Positions 1-8,500 of a DNA stretch of 64,000 bases are shown one piece after another (the stretch's first letter is position 1; the number at the start of each line of letters is the position of its first letter). Under the pieces are notes generated by a model, which was not told the DNA's origin, ran no database searches, and saw nothing but the letters and a program-made list of their open reading frames with translations. The stretch comes from Pseudomonadota bacterium (lineage in GTDB: Bacteria > Myxococcota_A > UBA9160 > JADFDR01), in contig PIVT01000004.1 in NCBI GenBank assembly GCA_003353845.1, positions 12,283-76,282 of the forward strand, written 5' to 3'. Both the position numbers and the translations under genes were made by a program.

Positions 1-1
1 G

Positions 2-439
2 GAGTTGACGCGCTTGGACCAGTTTATGGGAATTGCCGCATCCTTGATGCCACAGACTGTTTTAGTTGAAGTTCGTGGGGAGAATGACAGTCAGTTTGTC
101 ACTCTGGTACACAATAATGCGCATACAAATATTGATTCGGTGTTTGGTGAAGCCAAGAACCGTCGACCGGAAGAGGATGTTCTCTCCGTGATACCGGGTT
201 TCATTGGAGCCTACCCGAACGCATTTTATATCGTTGAAGAACAGGCCCTGGCTACCTTCGTCGAGGCCATTATGTCTCTTGAGAGTGAACTGGATTACGA
301 AGCCTTGGTGGATCAATATGGAGTCCGGCGAACCTCCACGGAATTTTGGGCCCAGGGCGATACGGTCCACAAGGCCTATCGAGAGCGAAATCCAATCTCT
401 TCAGGTTTGCTTGATTATAATCGCCTGGAGAATCGCTAG
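2..439 (+). CDS. cti: fatty acid cis/trans isomerase (CTI family), C-terminal fragment; 5' end lies outside the window
   Basis: Frame is open from the window edge to TAG 437-439. The C-terminal residues GAYPNAFYIV, YGVRRTSTEFW and GLLDYNRLENR match my recollection of the conserved CTI C-terminus. Confidence 0.6.
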   Translation, partial: ELTRLDQFMGIAASLMPQTVLVEVRGENDSQFVTLVHNNAHTNIDSVFGEAKNRRPEEDVLSVIPGFIGAYPNAFYIVEEQALATFVEAIMSLESELDYEALVDQYGVRRTSTEFWAQGDTVHKAYRERNPISSGLLDYNRLENR

Positions 440-1039
440 CGAAGGCTTGGTTTTTGTCCTCGCGAGGTTGGAATGGGTCCCTGTCATCCCTGTGATTGGC
501 GAGAAGAAGTGGGTCTTTGTTCCCGTCTAGCATAAATCGATTCAAAAATACTCGACTCTTGTAGTGTTCTTGTAAGGACCGTTCCTTGCTCGGCATCACT
601 GGAAAATTAATCGTCCATGAATCCAAAGTTGTTTCCCTTTGGAGCCCATCAACCCTTAAATTAATAGGTCTAGGGTGATCAGGTCATTAGCTGCTAGGTG
701 TTTCTAATGCGCGGCACGCCGATGACCTTTTGCCGAGACCGCCATGGGCCTGCGCGCCTATGTAAGCATGGGCCGTTGTTCCCCCACGGACCCTCAACGC
801 GAGCTGGTGGCGGTTTCGGCAAATTAACTCGAGTCCCTATCAAGATCCTTCTTCAAACTCTTCTTCCGTTTGAACCTTTCGAGGCGCCAGCTCGGGAATT
901 TTGCTGAGCTATGAAATGGGTTTTGTTAGGATGGATCTTCGTGATTTTCCTTGATTCAGGATGAACGCTCATACTTGAAATGTCGACAGGGGGATGTCAT
1001 TTGCTCGAACGTTTACTCGAACTTTAAGAAATTGGAGAC

Positions 1040-1855
1040 TTGAAAATGGAAGGTTATCTCACACTGCTTCAAGATGCGGTAAAGGCCTATAGCCCGAATA
1101 TTATTGGTGCGGTCATTATCGGAGTTTTGGGTTGGGTTTTGGTCAAGGGGCTCGTTGGCGTGACGGAGCGAGTTCTGAATCGCTCCAACGTGGACCAGAC
1201 CTTAATCGGGTTCTTGTCCCATTTGACATACATCGCGGGAATGGTGTTCGTGGCGATCTCCGCACTGGGGAAACTCGGTGTCAACACGGGTTCCTTTGCT
1301 GCAGTGGTGGCCGCCGCGGGTCTGGCCATTGGTTTCGCCCTACAGGGTTCCTTGGCGAATTTCGCCGCGGGTATCATGTTGATCTTGTTCCGCCCCTTCA
1401 AGTCGGGGGATTATGTCGAGGCCGGAGGCGTGAGCGGCAGTGTGGAGGAGATCCAGATGTTTGCTACCACGATTCGCACGCCCGATAATAAGCAAGTCAT
1501 TGTCGGCAATGCGGCCATTACGGGTGGAAGTATTACCAATTACTCCGCCAAGCCGACCCGCCGCGTCGACCTCGTATTCGGTATCGGTTACGACGATGAT
1601 CTGAAGCGGGCCAAGTCGGTAATTGAAGAAATTATTGCCAAGGATTCCAGAATTTTGGAAGACCCCGCGCCCACTGTTGCCGTGCTGGAGTTGGGCGAAA
1701 GTAGTGTGAACTTCGCGGTACGCCCCTGGGTGCGGACGGAAGACTATTGGGATGTGTATTTTGATCTGAATGAAAAGGTCAAACTCACCTTCGATGCCGA
1801 GGGCATTTCGATTCCATTCCCGCAGCAAGATGTGCATATGATCAACGCAGCGTAG
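1040..1855 (+). CDS. mscS: small-conductance mechanosensitive channel (MscS family)
   Basis: Three N-terminal TM helices, the pore-helix motif AAAGLAIGFALQGSLANFAAG and a beta-rich C-terminal vestibule. ATG at 1046, 8 nt after GGAG (1034-1037), is probably the true start; 1040 is TTG. Confidence 0.85.
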   Translation: MKMEGYLTLLQDAVKAYSPNIIGAVIIGVLGWVLVKGLVGVTERVLNRSNVDQTLIGFLSHLTYIAGMVFVAISALGKLGVNTGSFAAVVAAAGLAIGFALQGSLANFAAGIMLILFRPFKSGDYVEAGGVSGSVEEIQMFATTIRTPDNKQVIVGNAAITGGSITNYSAKPTRRVDLVFGIGYDDDLKRAKSVIEEIIAKDSRILEDPAPTVAVLELGESSVNFAVRPWVRTEDYWDVYFDLNEKVKLTFDAEGISIPFPQQDVHMINAA

Positions 1856-1859
1856 TGGG

Positions 1860-3761
1860 TTACTCGACGTAGGATTCTTGGCGTAGGTAAAGTGCTTGAC
1901 GCCTTTGGAGTTCCTGCAATAAATCGCCCTGGCGAGTGGGATCGATGAGTGAGATGGCTTGTTCCAAGCTTGCGAGTGCTGCTGGGAACTGTCCTTGGTT
2001 GGCTTGGGCAGCCGCCAAGGTGTCCAGCGCACCGGCATCTTTATAAGCCCTGAGCTCGCAGGCGTGCTTTGCCAGTTGAGTGGCTCGTTCTGGATCTCTC
2101 AGTTCGGTTTGCGCAGTCGTGCTCAGTAGCCAAGCCAGATTGTTCACGGCCTCAAACCAATCGGGGTTGAGAGCTACGGCACGCTCCCACTCGGCTTTGG
2201 CCTCCCGTACCCGTCCTTGCCGATAGAAGGTTTGCGCCAAGCCACTATGGGCTTCGGAAGAGGAGGGGTCCTCTTCGATAGATTTTAGAAACAGCGCTCT
2301 CGCTTCCGGGAGTTGGTTCTGCCGAATCTTATAGAGAGCGGCCTCTCGATACATCTCCCCGTAGTAGGATTGTCGTTCTTCAGCAAAGGGCCCGGGTAGG
2401 CAGGCTGCGAGCACAATGGCCAGGGCACTCGTCCCGATCCAGGCCGCGGCACGCCATCGCTTATTTTGGATGACGTCGCTGATGGCAAAGACACCACTGG
2501 CGGCAAAAATAGAAAGGACGGGGATCATGGGCGTGCGATAACGCGCTGTCACAAAGACCAGGACAAGGGAGGCACCATAGAGAAAGGGAAAGAGAATGAC
2601 CGGTGCGGGGTACTTCCTCCACTGGCTGCCAAGGCCAATCATCGCCAGCGGGAGAAGCACGCCAAAGGGAAAACCAAAGCCAGAAATTTTCCAAGTAAGG
2701 AAACGTAATAGAGTGGACCATTGACTCAATTCATACAGGTCCACATTGCGCGGGGTTTCTCGACCGCTGAGGAGCTGGAGTGTTTTTTGACCGAGTCCTT
2801 TTGCAAAGTCGGCGGGAGCTGTTAGCGCGTAGTCTCGCACACGCGCCAGGAAGTATTCTTGCTGCTTCCAGATGTTTCCCCATTCACCCGCTTGAGCGGG
2901 TAGGTGAACGATGGCCTGCCACTGGGCACCCGGGCGCGCTGTCAGTGTCTCTTCGCGTTGTAAATTATTTCCAATAAATAAATTGATTCCTCCCGAGGAA
3001 GGCAGGATGCCCAGACGACCCGTTAGCTGCTGATTGAAAAGGGCGACCGGTAACAAGAAGAGCGCGCAGCCGAGCAGCAAGACACTGAATCGAGTCAGTT
3101 GCCTGGAAGGCGCCATTTTTTCCCGTGCTAAACCCAGAAAGAGGACGAGGCAAGCGGCAATGAAGAAAGGGAGAAACGTCGGCCGCGTCAGGATGCTAAG
3201 TGCACCACAGGCTCCCAGCAAGGCGAAGGCTCGAAGGTTTCTTTGGCGTTCTGCGATCACGAATAAAAGCAGGAGTAAGACAGACCAGAAAGCTGCCCAG
3301 CCCGTGGCGACGAGTTGAGATTCAAAGAAAAGAAGAGGGCCATAGAAGGCGGTGATCAACCCGGCGAGGATGGCGGATCGCCGATCGAGAAAGTGCAGTG
3401 CCAATAGGAAGGTGAGAAGGCAAGTGGCGCTGCCCAGAATGGCTTGAAAGACCTTGGCCAGCAAGATCGAGGAATCACTGATGCGATAGACCGACGACAA
3501 CCAGAGCGGGTAGAAGAGGGGTTGCCAGAAGAGTTCCTCCGCGAGAGGTTTGCCAGCCGCCAGGTCGCGGGCCAGGACATCGTAGGTCTGCGCGTCGACC
3601 ACAGGGGCGGTAAAGGTAGGATTGTCGGAAAAGTCATAGAGAAAGAGCAGGCGAAGGCACAGGGCGATCAAGAACAGGCTGATGGCCAAGGTCGCGGTGG
3701 ACGGACCAGTGGACTTCATCCCTGTCTTGGAGTCTGCTTGTGATTGAGCTTGCTGGGTCAT
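1860..3761 (-). CDS. GT-C fold glycosyltransferase (family 39/ArnT-PMT-like), polytopic, with C-terminal TPR repeats
   Basis: About 12 predicted TM helices and a first-loop acidic motif (VVDAQTYD). The C-terminal ~170 aa is TPR-like (EAHSGLAQTFYRQGRVREAKAEWERAVALNPDW). Confidence 0.75.
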   Translation of the reverse strand: MTQQAQSQADSKTGMKSTGPSTATLAISLFLIALCLRLLFLYDFSDNPTFTAPVVDAQTYDVLARDLAAGKPLAEELFWQPLFYPLWLSSVYRISDSSILLAKVFQAILGSATCLLTFLLALHFLDRRSAILAGLITAFYGPLLFFESQLVATGWAAFWSVLLLLLFVIAERQRNLRAFALLGACGALSILTRPTFLPFFIAACLVLFLGLAREKMAPSRQLTRFSVLLLGCALFLLPVALFNQQLTGRLGILPSSGGINLFIGNNLQREETLTARPGAQWQAIVHLPAQAGEWGNIWKQQEYFLARVRDYALTAPADFAKGLGQKTLQLLSGRETPRNVDLYELSQWSTLLRFLTWKISGFGFPFGVLLPLAMIGLGSQWRKYPAPVILFPFLYGASLVLVFVTARYRTPMIPVLSIFAASGVFAISDVIQNKRWRAAAWIGTSALAIVLAACLPGPFAEERQSYYGEMYREAALYKIRQNQLPEARALFLKSIEEDPSSSEAHSGLAQTFYRQGRVREAKAEWERAVALNPDWFEAVNNLAWLLSTTAQTELRDPERATQLAKHACELRAYKDAGALDTLAAAQANQGQFPAALASLEQAISLIDPTRQGDLLQELQRRQALYLRQESYVE

Positions 3762-3788
3762 ATCGCCGAAAATTATAGCGATCTGAAT

Positions 3789-4709
3789 TTACTCAGTCGC
3801 CGGCTCTTCTTTTGGTTCTTCCTTAGGCTCTTGGTTCGGCGGTGCGGAAAGCCGCTCCCGTTCACTGGCAGTGAGTGTGAACGTGCAAGCAGTGAGCGTT
3901 TCGTTTTCGAAGCATCGCGCATAGGCCTCTTCAAGTTTGCTGGTCAGGAAGGTCGCGCGCGGTTCCCCATTTTGTGCTCCGGCGCGCAGCCAGAACAATG
4001 CCAATCGAGTATCGGGTTCAATGCCGTGCCCGCCCAGGTAGAGAATCCCCAAATTCCACTGCGCAGTGTGGCTTCCATGGCGTGCCGCGCGTAGAAACCA
4101 GTCGGCCGCGAGTGCCGGGCTTGGGGGTACACCGCGGCCGAGTTGGTACATGGAACCGATATTGGTTTGTGCTCTTACATGCTCCTGGTGTGCCGCTTTG
4201 TTGTACCAAAACAGTGCTTTGCGATCATCCTGCGGAACCAACTCTCCCTCGTCGTACAAAAGAGCGAGCCCATACTGGGCCTCTGCCAGACCCGCTTCGG
4301 CAGCTCGGGTGTAGAGGACCACACCCCGCTCGACATTCGTGGCCACGCCGCGCCCGACCAGTAGGTGAAAGCCAAGGGTATGCTGCGCCATGGCGAGACA
4401 GTTTTCGTGGGGATGGTTTGGAGGGGCGGCGGAATCTTGCAGTTCACACTGAAGGCCCGCGAGTTCCAGTAGCTCTGCTGACGGATTCTTGCCCGCTTCC
4501 AGGGTTTCGATGCTTTGACGCAAGGCAAGCACTTGGATCTCTGGCCCGCCTGGAAGAGGCTGGATGAGTTCCGTCGGCTCTGCTTCATCCGCTCTTGGAT
4601 GTTGATGATGAGCAAGGGGAATCAGTAAGAGACTCGCGGTCAGTAGGCAGCACGCGAGGGCCCGGGTGCACGGTTTCTGGCAATGATGGTTGGCGACCTG
4701 TTCTCGCAT
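3789..4709 (-). CDS. Sel1-like repeat (SLR/TPR) protein, secreted
   Basis: N-terminal signal-like hydrophobic segment. Repeated Sel1 motifs (AQYGLALLYDEG...ALFWYNKAA, AQTNIGSMYQLGRGV, AQWNLGILYLGGHG). Same strand as, and 27 bp upstream of, the GT39 gene. Confidence 0.8.
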   Translation of the reverse strand: MREQVANHHCQKPCTRALACCLLTASLLLIPLAHHQHPRADEAEPTELIQPLPGGPEIQVLALRQSIETLEAGKNPSAELLELAGLQCELQDSAAPPNHPHENCLAMAQHTLGFHLLVGRGVATNVERGVVLYTRAAEAGLAEAQYGLALLYDEGELVPQDDRKALFWYNKAAHQEHVRAQTNIGSMYQLGRGVPPSPALAADWFLRAARHGSHTAQWNLGILYLGGHGIEPDTRLALFWLRAGAQNGEPRATFLTSKLEEAYARCFENETLTACTFTLTASERERLSAPPNQEPKEEPKEEPATE

Positions 4710-4819
4710 GAGTGGGCTCCGAGCGTGAATAGTATCTTACAGCCCGCTCGCTTTCACAGGTAAGTTGGAACAGATCTACAAACAAAGATAAAGCGTGAGT
4801 TTCCTGGTATCCTTGTTCT

Positions 4820-5236
4820 ATGAGCACACCCATCATGTTGTACGACGGCGACTGTGCCTTGTGTAATCGGGCAGTTCAATTCGTGATCGATCACGAACGT
4901 AGCGCGCAGATTTGTTTTGCTGCCTTGCAAAGCGATCTGGGAAGAAGCTACTTAAGGCGCTTTGGTCTCCCTGAAGAGGACTATGACACCTTTGTGTTGG
5001 TGCAAGGGGAGCAGGTGGCGACCCGCTTCGATGCCGTTTGCCGCGTGAATCAACTCATGGGTGGGCCTTGGAAAGTTCTTGCAGCTTGCTTGCGTTGGGT
5101 GCCCGAATCCTGGGGTGATGCCTTGTACGGTTTTGTCGTAAAAAACAGGCTCCGCTGGTTTGGGCGGGCTGAACATTGCCGTTTGCCGGATGAAGAAGCG
5201 GCTCATCGCTTCATCGGCCATTTCGACGAAAGTTGA
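4820..5236 (+). CDS. thiol-disulfide oxidoreductase DCC family (DUF393)
   Basis: N-terminal YDGDCALCNRAVQFV motif (DxxCxxC), typical of DCC-family proteins; size is about 138 aa. Confidence 0.75.
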   Translation: MSTPIMLYDGDCALCNRAVQFVIDHERSAQICFAALQSDLGRSYLRRFGLPEEDYDTFVLVQGEQVATRFDAVCRVNQLMGGPWKVLAACLRWVPESWGDALYGFVVKNRLRWFGRAEHCRLPDEEAAHRFIGHFDES

Positions 5237-5259
5237 GCCGGTCGAGCCGTCCTGCTTGG

Positions 5260-5997
5260 CTAGCGCGGAATCTGTCGGTGCAGCTCCTCGATTTGCTTGT
5301 CGAAAGTTGTTTGTTCGTCGCGCTCTAATTTGTCGGCTGGTTCTTCAGGTACGATTGACGGTGCGGGCAGGAAAGGCATGGGAGCAGCGACATCAATGCG
5401 CCTGAATCCATCGGGAATCGCAAACAGATTTTCAGATTGTTTTGCGATGACCACATTCGTTCGGTCAATTTGAAAGTCTGAGGTTTTCTCGTTTACGGTC
5501 ATGGTCCCCTGCATTCGAATGGGAATGTTCTCGGCTGAGAGCCAGAGGGTACCCGCCGATATCTGGCCCTCCGGATCGTTCAGGTAAATGCGGTACTTCG
5601 TGGTTTCCACGCCATTGACTTCTTCTTTACTGACGCGAGTCATGCGAACATCAGATCGATACCAGCCGCCAGCCGGATCATCTTTTCGCAAAGCATCGTG
5701 CCCATGCCAGCTTTCCATGTAGGCTTGCTGCGCGGGCAATAAGATTGCCGTTTTTTTTGAGAGGCGATCGGTGATGGAAACCGTCTCGCGTTGTCCGATT
5801 TGAATCTCGCGCCTTTCGTTGTCCTTTGCGGAGTACACCTTGCCGTGCATGGTGGTTGTGCCCTGTTGGCCCTTCAACGTCATGAGTACATTGGCAGAAT
5901 ATTCTTCCGTGGGTCGTGGAAATTCCTCAGCGTGGGCCTGGCTTGAGAGGAAGAGAGGGATCACGACAAGCGATAGTCGAAGTAGTGATTTGCTCAT
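5260..5997 (-). CDS. secreted hypothetical protein (possibly DUF4412/LolA-like beta fold)
   Basis: Clear signal peptide MSKSLLRLSLVVIPLFLSSQAHA/EE and GGAG RBS upstream. No catalytic motif recognised. Confidence 0.6.
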   Translation of the reverse strand: MSKSLLRLSLVVIPLFLSSQAHAEEFPRPTEEYSANVLMTLKGQQGTTTMHGKVYSAKDNERREIQIGQRETVSITDRLSKKTAILLPAQQAYMESWHGHDALRKDDPAGGWYRSDVRMTRVSKEEVNGVETTKYRIYLNDPEGQISAGTLWLSAENIPIRMQGTMTVNEKTSDFQIDRTNVVIAKQSENLFAIPDGFRRIDVAAPMPFLPAPSIVPEEPADKLERDEQTTFDKQIEELHRQIPR

Positions 5998-6773
5998 GGG
6001 TTTTCTCCTACGCGATCGATGAAAAGCCTCGCGCGGCTGCTTATGAGTTCGCTGTAGAACGTTCGCCGAGGATCACTGAAGATCTGGGGCAGGGGGCACA
6101 CAGCTTCGGAAACGATGTGGTCACGTCGACAGGTCTATAATCTGCCTCGAATGGGCTCCAGGTCAACGGGAAAGATGCCTCGGTCGGTCTTCTCGGGACG
6201 CTGATTGTGTGCAGGCCGACATCTTAACTAGTCGAAAACAAAAGTGAAAAATCCGTATGGCCTTAGGTCGGCGGTCTGTGCTTTCTTCCTGGAGCCAAGA
6301 CTATAGCAGCGAGAGTCCCCCCAACTTTTTTATCTCTTGGAATCAGGCACTTCCTTAACTCCTTACTGTGTATTGTCCGTTGACTTGCCGGTCAGTTGCA
6401 CAAGGGTCTTCCACCTTCTTTATCTTTGAGGTAAACTTGGGCTGATTTGGGGATGATGGGTGGTGTTGTAGTGGGGCTTCTCTTAACTATTCGTAACTTG
6501 CTAATCGTTGATAGAACAGTATGTTAGCGACTGGGGCTAGGGGGAAAGACCATCCGAATTCTTGCACGATCCGCGTGAATAACGTCGTAACGTTTTAAAG
6601 GCCACTGAACTCTCAGGCCATGGTCGGATCGTCACACCTCCATTGAGTTGAGGTGAGTAAAGCAAAAGCTGATTTTGCGATTGCGCAAAATTAGCAAGAC
6701 AAGTAGAGGCCGTTGATCTGTTAGAGAACTTTGAAAACGGCTGAGTAGGCTGGCAGAGCAAAAAAGATTACGT

Positions 6774-6802
6774 GTCAGGTTACAGGGTCAGGTTACAGGG
6801 TG
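6774..6802. repeat. 13-bp tandem direct repeat gtcaggttacagg, x2.2
   Basis: Read directly: copies at 6774-6786 and 6787-6799, followed by a partial copy. Lies about 140 bp upstream of the PEP-CTERM gene. Confidence 0.9.
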
Positions 6803-6939
6803 AACGTTGCGCGATAGTACGCGCGACAGCACGGGAAAAGTAGAAAGCTAAAAGCAGTCTGTCTGAAAGCAGTATCAACCGGCATCGAGCGTCAGGGCGC
6901 CTAAGCGGTAGGTTGCATAGATAGTTAGGGAGAACGGTG

Positions 6940-8367
6940 ATGAAAAAGTTTTTAGGACTCTTCGCGGGAGTCGCAATTTTATTGTGCTCATCTGTGGTGC
7001 AGGCCGAACCTCAGACCTATCGCGTCATGTCAGGTTCATCGATTGAAATGGATCTCGGTGGTGGCTTTCACGACGTGGACGTTAACTTTGTCGAGGGAGC
7101 CCTGCTTAGCGTCGACGTTACGACGGCGGGATCGCTGCCAGTCGTGCGGCGCATTGAAATAAACGAAATCATAATAGCTGAGTTTGGTATCACGAAACTC
7201 ATCCAGGACCCGTCGACAATCGCCACGGTCACCTTTGTCAATAACGTGGGCGGCTACCTTGCTCTCACAGGTTCGGGAGTGGGAGAACTGGATCCCAACA
7301 AGATCAATAAGATCAAGAAGGAAGGTTTCTACTACCAGTACAACGTACCTGGGCAGGGGTATACGCCAGGCGTTACGCGGCAACACCCGAGAGCTAGCCT
7401 TTACCAATCAGGTCCTACCTATTGGCTCCCCGCCCAAGATCATACTTATCCCAGTTCTCAGAGTGCTGAATTGCCACCAGGCGCCGCAATGATTAACGCG
7501 CAGGGTGGCTTCATGAAGATGGCAAACCGACCGGGTGAACAAGGTTTTGGTGGGCCCATGCAGCTGAAGGGTGGGGCCCTGGCTTTAGGCCTCACGATAA
7601 AGCTCGATATTTTCGGGCGGGACCAAACCCGGACCTCTGTTGGACAATTACATCAGCAAGCCATGAGCTGGGGCAATGGTACGGCCAAGGCCCGCTTCGG
7701 TGGCGACTACCGCAGTGTTTTTTACGGTGTGACCTTCTTGGGTCAAAAAACTGCACTCACCTATAGTTCTCGCTATCCCAATGGCAATACTTCCCTCCCC
7801 GGTTCGAAGAATGGAATCCCGCATTACGGGGAGAAATATACGTCATTGGGCGCGCTGAATACCAAGGCCACGCTTCCCACACATACTGGTTTCGGGCCCT
7901 ATTATTATGCAAACGGTTACAGTGCAGCCCCCACTTGGGCCAAGCCTGTGGCCTCGGGTGGAGCGAGTCGAACCACCATGGGTGGGAGCTTGGCGATCAA
8001 GAAGCTCGGGATTGTAAGTGAGTTTCGAAATCACTATACGAAGACGACTTCGACCCCCGGCACTTATCCTATTGAAAATCTAAACCTGACTTTCTCCGGT
8101 TTGACTACCCAGCACCAGACCCCCGACTTGGGGTTCTCGACCATCATCGCGACACAGACCACCTATTCAGCGAAGACGATTTTCCCAGAGGTGGTGACCA
8201 TTAGCCTGGTTTCTCCCGCAATTATGAATGTAGGAACGGGTATGGGTATCGTTGGCATTGTGAATCTCAACCTACAGCGCGTTCCCGAGCCCGGGCCGAT
8301 TATTCTCATGGCGGTCAGCGCTTTGTGCCTGGCGGGTGTTTCCGTGGCGCGAGGTCGTAAGAGCTAG
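6940..8367 (+). CDS. PEP-CTERM sorting-domain protein (putative exosortase substrate), otherwise uncharacterised
   Basis: Signal peptide KKFLGLFAGVAILLCSSVVQA/EP. C-terminus VPEPGPIILMAVSALCLAGVSVARGRKS gives a PEP motif, a TM helix and a basic cluster. GGGAG RBS at 6928-6932; GTG at 6937 is an alternative start. Confidence 0.75.
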   Translation: MKKFLGLFAGVAILLCSSVVQAEPQTYRVMSGSSIEMDLGGGFHDVDVNFVEGALLSVDVTTAGSLPVVRRIEINEIIIAEFGITKLIQDPSTIATVTFVNNVGGYLALTGSGVGELDPNKINKIKKEGFYYQYNVPGQGYTPGVTRQHPRASLYQSGPTYWLPAQDHTYPSSQSAELPPGAAMINAQGGFMKMANRPGEQGFGGPMQLKGGALALGLTIKLDIFGRDQTRTSVGQLHQQAMSWGNGTAKARFGGDYRSVFYGVTFLGQKTALTYSSRYPNGNTSLPGSKNGIPHYGEKYTSLGALNTKATLPTHTGFGPYYYANGYSAAPTWAKPVASGGASRTTMGGSLAIKKLGIVSEFRNHYTKTTSTPGTYPIENLNLTFSGLTTQHQTPDLGFSTIIATQTTYSAKTIFPEVVTISLVSPAIMNVGTGMGIVGIVNLNLQRVPEPGPIILMAVSALCLAGVSVARGRKS

Positions 8368-8422
8368 CGTAGTCCAGTTGGTTGTTGCGCTACACAGCAC
8401 AGGAAGAACACAGGAAAATGAA

Positions 8423-8456
8423 AGCGGCCACTCCTTTGGAGTGGCCGCTTTTGTTT
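8423..8456 (+). terminator. rho-independent terminator, plausibly bidirectional between convergent genes
   Basis: The 12-bp perfect stem agcggccactcc (8423-8434) pairs with ggagtggccgct (8438-8449) around a 3-nt loop, followed by ttttgttt. An A-run precedes it on the other strand. Confidence 0.7.
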
Positions 8457-8463
8457 CGGGCTT

Positions 8464-8489
8464 TTGTTTTGGCCTCTTGTTTTGGCCTC
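8464..8489. repeat. 13-bp tandem direct repeat ttgttttggcctc, x2
   Basis: Read directly: 8464-8476 and 8477-8489, between the terminator and the stop of the acyl-CoA synthetase gene. Confidence 0.9.
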
Positions 8490-8500
8490 TTCAAAAAACG

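Noticed and set aside
698-907. 69-aa ORF in the cti-mscS spacer
   Set aside because: The product is Arg/Pro/Gly-rich with no RBS. The GC-rich segment it covers is better explained as structured RNA or non-coding sequence.
6453-6527. 24-codon hydrophobic mini-ORF (MMGGVVVGLLLTIRNLLIVDRTVC) in the PEP-CTERM leader
   Set aside because: It has no convincing RBS and is far too short to support from sequence alone. It is noted only as something ribosome profiling could test.
6774-6802. Tandem repeats here and at 8464-8489, 13267-13295 and 58668-58691, considered as a possible CRISPR array or iterons
   Set aside because: Each has only two copies of 12-15 bp with no spacers and no cas genes. They are not CRISPR arrays. 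They are reported only as simple repeats or candidate binding sites.
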